Shown here piece after piece: positions 17,085 through 24,853 of a DNA stretch of 52,951 nucleotides. The DNA lies in the IMG/VR virus record IMGVR_UViG_3300038660_000404, positions 1 through 52,951 of that record. One strand, written 5' to 3'. The stretch comes from a virus. Its lineage: Duplodnaviria > Caudoviricetes. The notes beneath the pieces were generated by a model that worked only from the letters and a program-made list of their open reading frames with translations, was not told the origin of the DNA and ran no database searches. Every line of letters begins with the position of its first letter. Positions within the stretch are counted from its first letter, which is position 1. The position numbers were made by a program, and so were the translations under genes.

Positions 17085-17356
17085 TTCGTCAGTTTGAGTT
17101 CATCAAAGAAACGGCCAGCCTCCGTGCCTTCACCGGCCAGTGCCTGCGTCAGACCCTTGCGGATGCCTGCGACGGTCTCGGCATAGTCAAGCTGGTCCTG
17201 CATCTCCTGCCACGCGGCAGCATCCATCACAACGACGGAGGGCTTGCCATTGACGGTCAGGATCTGCGGCCGTCCGCTTTCCTTGATATGCGCGATCATG
17301 CGCGCCGAATCCCGCTTGAACTCGGTCAGCGGGCTGATGTCTTTGGTGATGTTCAT
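17081..17356 (-). CDS. Phd/YefM family antitoxin
   Basis: DISPLTEFKR...PQILTVNGKPSVVVMD; GGAGG RBS. Confidence 0.9.
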   Translation of the reverse strand: MNITKDISPLTEFKRDSARMIAHIKESGRPQILTVNGKPSVVVMDAAAWQEMQDQLDYAETVAGIRKGLTQALAGEGTEAGRFFDELKLTK

Positions 17357-17370
17357 GGCTGGCCTCCCGA

Positions 17371-17415
17371 CGCGCATCTAATTCGGTGCGAATATAGCGT
17401 TAATTTAGATGCACG
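17371..17415. promoter_or_regulatory. Inverted repeat, likely TA operator
   Basis: CGCGCATCTAA...TTAGATGCACG (10/11 match) upstream of the antitoxin. Confidence 0.6.
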
Positions 17416-17431
17416 TCGAGATGCTTAGCGA

Positions 17432-17950
17432 TCAATCTCGGATGGCGTAGACGCGGCCTCTGCCCTCGACCTTCTCGGAGGTAATCGTCAGGCCAAGCTT
17501 TTTCTTGAGGGCGCCGGACATCGCACCCCGTATTGTGTGACCCAGCCACTGGGTTTCTTTTGCGATCTCATCAATCGTCGCGCCGTCAGGCGCGCTGAGC
17601 ATGCTGATGAGCGTCGCCTGTTTTGTACCATCGCGCGGCGTGCGCGTCTTGGGCGCTGCCTTATCAATTGGTTCGGCCGCCGCGTCCTCGAGCTCAATGC
17701 CAATGGCGGCAAGCCCTGCATTCGTGGCGATCAGCGTGACGCCGTGGCTATCGCCAGTCTCGCGCCAAATGGGCTCGCCCTTGCGCGTGTCGGCGTCGGC
17801 CTCTTCGATAAGCCCTTTGGCGATCATAGCGCTGACCACCTTGGCGGCAGCGCCGCCGCGCAGGCTGTCGGGCAGCGGCAGGGCGATGTGATCAGGCCGT
17901 TGTGCTGCGGCGCTGAGGATCAGGGCTTGGGTGTCGGAAAGCGTGGTCAT
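17432..17950 (-). CDS. DUF3489 family protein
   Basis: LSDTQ.LILSAAAQR; GTKQATLI.ML..PDGATI.EI...T.W..HT.RGAMSGALKKKLGL; in frame with an upstream extension to 18295. Confidence 0.88.
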   Translation of the reverse strand: MTTLSDTQALILSAAAQRPDHIALPLPDSLRGGAAAKVVSAMIAKGLIEEADADTRKGEPIWRETGDSHGVTLIATNAGLAAIGIELEDAAAEPIDKAAPKTRTPRDGTKQATLISMLSAPDGATIDEIAKETQWLGHTIRGAMSGALKKKLGLTITSEKVEGRGRVYAIRD

Positions 17951-18230
17951 CGGAAGTTTGCCTTTCTCCTGCGACAGAAACGGTGCGGTGTTCAGGATCG
18001 GCCGGGGGTCAGCTCCAGCGATTTCGCATGCCATCGCGAGCGAAGGGCAGATGCGAGGATCGCCGGAGAGGGTGGTGCCGTGGACGTGGAATTCCCAGAC
18101 TGGCCCGTGGCCGTAGTCTTCGCAGGAAGCCCAGATCTGGGTCCGGGATCCGTTGGCGTCAAAGATCAGGAACATGCGCATCGTTTCCGTCATCGGGGCA
18201 ACGCGGGATGCGCGCCCTTCTACGATGGCA

Positions 18231-18250
18231 AGCCCGCCTGTTGGCGGGCT
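18231..18250 (-). other. Perfect 8-bp hairpin downstream of ORF 18270-18539
   Basis: AGCCCGCC-tgtt-GGCGGGCT; only a short U tail. Confidence 0.55.
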
Positions 18251-18269
18251 GCGTTCGGGAGGCGTTTGT

Positions 18270-18539
18270 TCACTCCGCGTGTTCGCCCTCGCCAAAGGCG
18301 CTGTCGGTGATGCGCTTCAGCAGACTGGCGTAATGGTCGAGGGTGCCGACGTCGCCCCAGTTGATCTCGTCAGGATGGCTGTTGAAGTGGTCCTCGCTGA
18401 GCGCCTGCAGGCGGCCGAGCATTTCGTCGATCTCGGTCTTCTTGCCGAGGAAGGTGTTCAAGGCCGCCTCCTTGTTCCGCGCAGCCTTTGCGGCGCGCAG
18501 CTTGTGGCGGGGCGTGGTGATCGGGTTCAGGCGGGTCAT
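18270..18539 (-). CDS. Hypothetical protein
   Basis: AL..F..KK.EID.ML.RLQ.LS.DHF...PDEINWG.VGTL; AAGGA RBS. Confidence 0.8.
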   Translation of the reverse strand: MTRLNPITTPRHKLRAAKAARNKEAALNTFLGKKTEIDEMLGRLQALSEDHFNSHPDEINWGDVGTLDHYASLLKRITDSAFGEGEHAE

Positions 18540-18641
18540 GGCTTGGTTCCTTGGGGTGAGTTGCATGGTTTTCCTGCCACCATATTCGTTCTTTGATGCT
18601 GATTAACGTAGTAAAATCAGAGCCATACTATTGCTTTCTGA

Positions 18642-18926
18642 TCATTCGGAGCGGTCGGTGGCGTCCACCCATGCGCCATCCTGCCAGACATAAAGATGGC
18701 ACAACTCACAAGTCGGGCGCGGCAGGACGCGTGGCGCGCGCGGCGGGTCAAAGCAGTCCAGCGCATCGGCCCGAACCTGTCGGATTTCACGGGCAGCAAG
18801 GATGTCTTCTGGCGTCCAGCGCGCCAGCGCGGGCAGCATGTGGGCCGGGTAGCCGTCGTAATGTATGTAGACGTGGGCCCATTCCTCGGGTCCGGTCTGG
18901 ATGGCGATCTGTGCACGTGTGCTCAT
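18642..18926 (-). CDS. Hypothetical protein (MSTR...Y.H.DGYP family)
   Basis: 94 aa with GGAG RBS. Confidence 0.75.
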   Translation of the reverse strand: MSTRAQIAIQTGPEEWAHVYIHYDGYPAHMLPALARWTPEDILAAREIRQVRADALDCFDPPRAPRVLPRPTCELCHLYVWQDGAWVDATDRSE

Positions 18927-18937
18927 AATGCTCTCCC

Positions 18938-19156
18938 TCAGATCAGCTGCAAATCAGCCAGCGTGGCACAGGCCGCCGCCAGCTGGCTGGTGGGCAGTTC
19001 GATCTTCAGATGCGAGATCACGTCCGAGGCTGCGGCGGCAATGCCGTCTTCGCGCAACGCGGCCTCAATGGCGGCGGCCACGGCGTCCGGGCGGGAGCGG
19101 TCGAACTGATGGGGCAAAGCGGCGTGGTCGATGCGGATGGTGGTGATAGCGGTCAT
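18938..19156 (-). CDS. Hypothetical protein
   Basis: 72 aa, AAAGG RBS. Confidence 0.7.
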   Translation of the reverse strand: MTAITTIRIDHAALPHQFDRSRPDAVAAAIEAALREDGIAAAASDVISHLKIELPTSQLAAACATLADLQLI

Positions 19157-19167
19157 GGTGTGGCCTT

Positions 19168-19350
19168 TCAGGTTTGTTGTTCAATCAGGGCGAGGATCGC
19201 GCAGGCCATTCCGCCAAGGTATTCGCTGCGGCGAAACACGATGTCGTCAATGTGGCTGGCGTCATCGATACTCGGATCGACTGCCAAGCTTTCCGCGTGG
19301 TGCGGCAGGAGGCGCGCGGCCTCGGCGTTGTAGCGTTCTGCGATTGTCAT
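19168..19350 (-). CDS. Hypothetical protein
   Basis: 60 aa, GGAG RBS. Confidence 0.7.
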   Translation of the reverse strand: MTIAERYNAEAARLLPHHAESLAVDPSIDDASHIDDIVFRRSEYLGGMACAILALIEQQT

Positions 19351-19463
19351 GGTTTTTTCTCCGGGGCTGGTGCGTCGCGGGGTGCGGCGCTTTCTGTAAT
19401 CATGTTCGCTCTACCGCAGGTACTTATCAACTTAAATAGAAGCAAAAACAGAGACTTAATCGC

Positions 19464-19967
19464 ATGGCAGACGAGGGAGAAAAGCCGAGGGGCAACATTG
19501 TTACGGTCACTCAGGCCGCTGCTCTTTGCGGCCGCAGCACGCAGTGGGTCCACCAGCTGGCAAAGGGCGGCTACATCACCAAAGAGGGGCACGGCAGCTA
19601 CACCCTGGTGTCGCTCGTGCGGGGCGTGATCGCCTATTACGAGGACCTTCAGTCCAAGAACAGCAAGACGGCCTCCGCCAGCCGCGCGACGGACGCACGG
19701 ACGCGCGAGATTGAGCTGCGGATCAAGGAGCGCAGCCGGGAGCTGATCCCGATCGAAGATGCGCGGGCAGAAATCGCTGACTGGACCTCCGCTTTCCGTG
19801 CTGAGCTTCAAGGCCTTGCCGCTCGGTTCACGCGCGACATGCAGGAGCGCCGCAGGCTTGAGCAGGAAATAGATGGCGCACTCGAACGACTTTCTCGGCG
19901 GACCAGCGAAGCAGAGCAGGCTCTCGCGTCTGGTGAAGGAGCTGTTGCGGCCGAGCCAGAAGCGTGA
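19464..19967 (+). CDS. Terminase small subunit (Nu1-like)
   Basis: N-terminal winged HTH plus coiled coil; overlaps the terL start. Confidence 0.82.
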   Translation: MADEGEKPRGNIVTVTQAAALCGRSTQWVHQLAKGGYITKEGHGSYTLVSLVRGVIAYYEDLQSKNSKTASASRATDARTREIELRIKERSRELIPIEDARAEIADWTSAFRAELQGLAARFTRDMQERRRLEQEIDGALERLSRRTSEAEQALASGEGAVAAEPEA

Positions 19968-22900
19968 TCCGGCGGACTGGGCCGCCGACAACCGCGTCTA
20001 TCCGGAGACGGCGGGCATCCCAGGCCCGCGTGACCCATGGCTGACGCCGTATATGATCCCGTGGTCCTCGGCGGTTCATCGGGGTGGTTATCGCCGCATC
20101 GTGGCTGTGACCTCGGCGCAGTCGGGCAAGACCGACAGCATGCTCGACATCATCGGGGCCCGGCTTGACCAGCGTCCAGCGCCGATCATCTACGTCGGCC
20201 CGACCAAAGAGTTTCTCACGGACCAATTCGAGCCCCGCCTGATGGGTCTGCTTGATGAGGCCGAGAGCCTGAAGAACAAGGTCATGCGCGGGCGGCGCAT
20301 GAAAAAGACCCTCAAGCATGTGGCTGGCGTTCGCGTTCGCCTTGCGCATGCAGGTTCGTCCTCGGCCCTGAAATCAGACCCGGCCGCACTCGCCCTGATC
20401 GACGAGTTTGACGAGATGATGGCGAACGTCAGGGGCCAAGGCGACGTGCTCGGGCTCGTGGAGGCCCGTGGCGAGACCTACGCCGACTTCGTGACCGCGA
20501 TCACCAGCACACCAGCGAGAGGTCTTGTGGAAATCGAGTTGAACGATGATAGCGGGCTTGAGTTTTGGTCGCGATCCGAACCGGCTGATTTGGAAAGCCC
20601 GATCTGGAAGCTGTTTCAGGAGGGCACGCGGCATCACTGGGCGTGGCCCTGCAAGCACTGCTCGGAATACTTCATCCCGCGCTTCAAGCAGCTGCACTGG
20701 CCGGACCGGGCGACACCTTCGGTGGCCAAGCGATCGGCTTCGCTGTTCTGCCCACGCTGCGGCGGGATCCACACCGAAGAGGACAAGGCATGGATGAATG
20801 CTCGGGGTGCAATGGTGGCACCCGGGCAGAGTGTTGAGCTGCGCAACGACGCCCCGCACGTAACAGGTGCGCCAGAGGACAACTCGACCCTGTCAATGTG
20901 GACCTCGGGCCTGTGCTCGCCCTTCGTGTCATGGGGCCAGCGGGCAGAGACCTATCTGACAGCGCTGCAATCGGGCGATCACGACCGCATCCAGACGGCG
21001 ATGAACGCCAGCTTCGGCGAATGCTACGCCATGATGGCTTCGGGAGACGTGCCGGAATGGCAGGAAATCATGGAGCGGCGGCTGCCGTATCAGCCCGGGC
21101 AGGTCCCTTTGGGCGGCCTGCGAGTGGTGATGGGCGTCGACGTGCAGAAGTTCAGCCTTGTCTATGTGATCCGGGCTTTTGGGGCTCGGGGATCGTCGTG
21201 GATGGTTGATAACGGCCAGCTATATGGCCCCACCGAGGACGATGATGTCTGGTCCGCACTGGCCGATCTTATGTTGCAGCCGATTGGCGGAATGCAGATC
21301 GAAAAGGTGTTCATCGACAGTGGCTTCCGGCCTGACAAGCCGGAGCAAGGCAACGAGCACAAGGTCTACGAGTTCTGCCGCCGCTACAGCTGGCTGTGCT
21401 CCCCGACCAAGGGCAAGGATATCCAGAGCCCGCCCTACAAGGTCTCGAAGATCGAGGTCAAACCGGACGGCAAGCGGGCGCTTTACTCGATCGACCTCGT
21501 GACGCTGTCGTCGGACTTTTTCAAGTCGCTGGTGATCTCGCGCATCCGCACGCCCATGGACGTGCCGGGTGCTTTCTATGTCCACGAACAGGTCTCAGAA
21601 GATTATTGCAGGCAATTGACCTCGGAGGCCCGGGTGGTCGTGGAGGGCAAGCCGGTCTGGGTGAAGCGCAGCCGGAACAACCATTTCCTCGATTGTTTCG
21701 ACCCCGAGACCGAGCTTCTGACCGAAGATGGCTGGATGCGTGTCGAGGACGCGGTTTCTTACGTGGGCCGCTTCGCAACGGTCAATCTGGACAGCGATGT
21801 GATCGAGTATCAGGGCGCGACCAAATCAGTCTCGCGCTGGCATTCGGGTGAGATGGTCCAGATCAAAGGTCGGGCAGTGGACCTTCTTGTGACGCCTAAC
21901 CACCGGATGGTGACGCAGCGCAGGAACCCTGTGGACAATACCCCTCGCATAACTTTGGCGAAGGATTTGACCATTTGGCACACGCTCAAACGGTCCTCGA
22001 ATTGGGTAGGTGAGCGACACGATGTCGTGACCCTGCCTGAGTTATCACTCAAGGCGACCAATTGGCGAGAGTTGAGTGAGCCAGAGCGATCTTTCAATGC
22101 CGGAGACTGGTGTGAGTTTCTTGGCTGGTACATCTGCGGCGGGCATACCACCCACCAAGGCAACTATGCCAGGGTTGTTATCTCGCAGGGCCCTGGTGAA
22201 AAGGCAGACCGCATTGCGGCTCTGCTTGATCGGATGGGGCTCGAATATAGCATCCATGGTGGGCGACAGTTCGTCATTTCATCGCGGCAGATCGCGGCGG
22301 CATTGGCTGACTGTGCAGGCGAGGATGGTCGTTGCTACTCTAGGCGCGTTCCGGGTTTTGTCCGACGTGCGAGCAGCGACCTGATCGACCGGTTCCTTGA
22401 TGCCGCCATCCTAGGCGATGGGTGGGTTCAGAATGGGTATCGTGCCTATGCGACGGTCAGCGCCAAGCTGGCTGACGATATGCAGGAGCTTTTTATCAAG
22501 GCCGGACGGAGCGCAAATATCATCCGACGCGATGCCAAGCCTTACTCCATCAACGGACGGACCTCGCCCAACACAGTCGACCAGTATCACGTCTCTGAAA
22601 TTCGTGCGCCTGCCGCCTCGTTGCGTCGAGCAGATAACGCTCCGATTTTCAGAAACGTCGCCTACTCTGGGATGGTGTATTGCGTGACCGTGCCAAACGG
22701 AACGCTGATAGCGCGCCGAAATGGCAAGGCCATCATAGTTGGCAACTGCGAGGCGCTTTGCGCAGCCATCGGCTACGCATTCAACGTTCAGCGGATCCCG
22801 GAAGGCATCGAGCGCAAGACTTCCATCGAGGCGGCGGTGCCCGAGGGGCATGACCAGAAACTGGCACCGATGTCAGACCCACCAGATACGTCGTTGGTCT

Positions 22901-22980
22901 CGCAATCGCCCAAGCTGCGTAACGGCAGCGGCGCTCTGCGCAGGCGATTTGCACGCCAAGGCAGCCGGTTGAACAGGTAA
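19873..22980 (+). CDS. Terminase large subunit (lambda GpA family), intein-containing
   Basis: SAQSGKT Walker A, LIDEFD Walker B, STP, CxxC/CxxC, GVDVQ, IDSG, NHFLD-C. Confidence 0.95.
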   Translation: MAHSNDFLGGPAKQSRLSRLVKELLRPSQKRDPADWAADNRVYPETAGIPGPRDPWLTPYMIPWSSAVHRGGYRRIVAVTSAQSGKTDSMLDIIGARLDQRPAPIIYVGPTKEFLTDQFEPRLMGLLDEAESLKNKVMRGRRMKKTLKHVAGVRVRLAHAGSSSALKSDPAALALIDEFDEMMANVRGQGDVLGLVEARGETYADFVTAITSTPARGLVEIELNDDSGLEFWSRSEPADLESPIWKLFQEGTRHHWAWPCKHCSEYFIPRFKQLHWPDRATPSVAKRSASLFCPRCGGIHTEEDKAWMNARGAMVAPGQSVELRNDAPHVTGAPEDNSTLSMWTSGLCSPFVSWGQRAETYLTALQSGDHDRIQTAMNASFGECYAMMASGDVPEWQEIMERRLPYQPGQVPLGGLRVVMGVDVQKFSLVYVIRAFGARGSSWMVDNGQLYGPTEDDDVWSALADLMLQPIGGMQIEKVFIDSGFRPDKPEQGNEHKVYEFCRRYSWLCSPTKGKDIQSPPYKVSKIEVKPDGKRALYSIDLVTLSSDFFKSLVISRIRTPMDVPGAFYVHEQVSEDYCRQLTSEARVVVEGKPVWVKRSRNNHFLDCFDPETELLTEDGWMRVEDAVSYVGRFATVNLDSDVIEYQGATKSVSRWHSGEMVQIKGRAVDLLVTPNHRMVTQRRNPVDNTPRITLAKDLTIWHTLKRSSNWVGERHDVVTLPELSLKATNWRELSEPERSFNAGDWCEFLGWYICGGHTTHQGNYARVVISQGPGEKADRIAALLDRMGLEYSIHGGRQFVISSRQIAAALADCAGEDGRCYSRRVPGFVRRASSDLIDRFLDAAILGDGWVQNGYRAYATVSAKLADDMQELFIKAGRSANIIRRDAKPYSINGRTSPNTVDQYHVSEIRAPAASLRRADNAPIFRNVAYSGMVYCVTVPNGTLIARRNGKAIIVGNCEALCAAIGYAFNVQRIPEGIERKTSIEAAVPEGHDQKLAPMSDPPDTSLVSQSPKLRNGSGALRRRFARQGSRLNR
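21694..22746 (+). mobile_element. Intein (351 aa) with LAGLIDADG-type endonuclease domain
   Basis: Starts CFDPETELLTEDGW, block B VTPNH, block F VYCVTVP, ends IVGN with +1 Cys; motifs FLGWYICGG and FLDAAILGDG. Confidence 0.92.
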
Positions 22981-22985
22981 CGCAT

Positions 22986-24596
22986 ATGTCGATGATCGGA
23001 AGGCTGAAACACCTGCTGGCCGAGGCGCTGCCTCAACCGGCAGGGCCTGAGGGGATGACCCTCCCTAAACCCTCGGGCAAATACATGCGCGGTGGGCGCG
23101 GTGTCACTTTTGCGGGCTGGAAACCGGCGCTGCGGGAAAGCCAGGATGATATTGGCGAGGCCTGGGACGATGCGGCCGCGCGGGTGGGCGACCTCTTGCA
23201 CAACAGCGGCTGGTTGGCCGGGGCCATGGAGCAATGCGTCGCCAACACCGTGGGCACCGGGCTACAGCTGAAGGCGCTGCCGGAAAATGAAACCTTCGGT
23301 ATGACGCCAGCCCAAGCATCTGACTGGGCGAAAACGGTGGAGCGCCGGTTCGAACTTTGGTCCCGCAACGCGCAGGAATGTGACATTCAGGGCCTGCGGA
23401 CCTTTGGCCAGATGCAGGCGGCGGCGTTTCGATCGTGGCTGGTCACCGGTGAAATCCTCGCGGAACTGCCCTGGCGCAAGCGGCCTTGGAACCGCTACGG
23501 CACCAAGGTACGACTGCTGCCACCGCAGCGGCTCTCGCGCAAGACGGAAAGCATGAGGCGGCTGATCAACGGGGTCTACACGGATGCCGATGGCATGCCC
23601 GTGGGCTACCGCGCGATCCGCAAGGACCTGTTCCGGCATGACGTGGAATACGATGTGCGCGCCCGCGACCGGGCAGGGCGGCCGCGCGTCATTCATATCT
23701 TTGAAGGCGCGCCTGGCACACACCGGGGCATCTCGCCTCTGGTCCCCGCGCTGCAGGTCGCCCGCCAGTTCGACCAGCTGGCGGATGCCACGCTGATGGC
23801 AGCGATTGTGCAAACGCTGTTTGCAGTGACCATCACCTCGGACGAGCCGACGGAACAGGTGCTGCAGGGGCTTCTGACGCCCCAGGAGCAGGCGCAGATG
23901 CTGGCGCAAGGCATCTCGCCAATGGAGGCCTATATCGAGATGGTGGCGGGCTATTACGACGGCAGCACGCTGGATGTGGGGATCAACGGCCGCTTGGCGC
24001 ATCTGTTTCCGGGACAGGAGCTGAAGTTCCACACCAGCAACCATCCATCGTCGGATTACGCGGCCTTTGCGATGCATCTGCTGCGCGAACTCGCGCGGTG
24101 TCTGGGGCTGACCTATGAAAGTGCGACGGGCGACAATGTGGGGGCCACCTATTCCTCGCTGCAAGCGGCGACCACGGAGATCTTTGCCATCACAAAAGCC
24201 CGGCGGCGCAACATCATGGCGCCATTCTGCCAGCCGATCTTTGAGGCCTGGCTCGAGGAAGAGATCGAGGCGGGCAGCCTGCCGTTTCCGGGTGGGATTG
24301 CCGGTTTTATGGCCAATCGCACGGCTGCGTGCCGGGCGGAATGGCGGGGTGACCCACGTCCGCAGGCCGATGATCTGAAAAAAGCCAAGGCCCACGAGGT
24401 CTGGAAGCGCCTTGGTGTCATGTCGGATGCGATGATCTGTACCGATCTCGGGGCCGATGTGGACGACGTTTACCAGCAACTGGCGCAGGAACAGGCGCTG
24501 CGGGCCGAATATGGGCTGCCCGAGCCGCAGATGATGGGCGCGCAGGGCGGTGGTCCTACAGCTGCTGACGACACAAGCGATGAGGCAGACGCATGA
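22986..24596 (+). CDS. Portal protein, lambda family
   Basis: NTVGTGL, HIF....G..RGISPL, TGD...TYSS, FCQPIFEAWLEE. Confidence 0.93.
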   Translation: MSMIGRLKHLLAEALPQPAGPEGMTLPKPSGKYMRGGRGVTFAGWKPALRESQDDIGEAWDDAAARVGDLLHNSGWLAGAMEQCVANTVGTGLQLKALPENETFGMTPAQASDWAKTVERRFELWSRNAQECDIQGLRTFGQMQAAAFRSWLVTGEILAELPWRKRPWNRYGTKVRLLPPQRLSRKTESMRRLINGVYTDADGMPVGYRAIRKDLFRHDVEYDVRARDRAGRPRVIHIFEGAPGTHRGISPLVPALQVARQFDQLADATLMAAIVQTLFAVTITSDEPTEQVLQGLLTPQEQAQMLAQGISPMEAYIEMVAGYYDGSTLDVGINGRLAHLFPGQELKFHTSNHPSSDYAAFAMHLLRELARCLGLTYESATGDNVGATYSSLQAATTEIFAITKARRRNIMAPFCQPIFEAWLEEEIEAGSLPFPGGIAGFMANRTAACRAEWRGDPRPQADDLKKAKAHEVWKRLGVMSDAMICTDLGADVDDVYQQLAQEQALRAEYGLPEPQMMGAQGGGPTAADDTSDEADA

Positions 24597-24853
24597 CGAT
24601 CAGCATTGATGAGGCTAATCCCTGCGGGGCGGCCGCCAACCTGCGGCAGGTCTATGTCCGGCTTGTGGCGGGAGAAGGTGCCATGGAGGTGCGGTTCCGG
24701 GCGGGATCAAACGGGGTGGAGCGGTCGGTGACCTATCACCGGGCATATCCCGACCGGCTCTTGGCCGTCATTCGCGGCTTTGAAGGACAATGCGCCCAGC
24801 AGCAGGGCCGTGGCCCGCGGCGCTTTGCGCTTGGAACAGGAGGGGTGAGGTGA
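24593..24853 (+). CDS. gpW-like head-tail joining protein
   Basis: 86 aa, L..G....V......RSVTY....D.L...I pattern. Confidence 0.6.
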   Translation: MTISIDEANPCGAAANLRQVYVRLVAGEGAMEVRFRAGSNGVERSVTYHRAYPDRLLAVIRGFEGQCAQQQGRGPRRFALGTGGVR

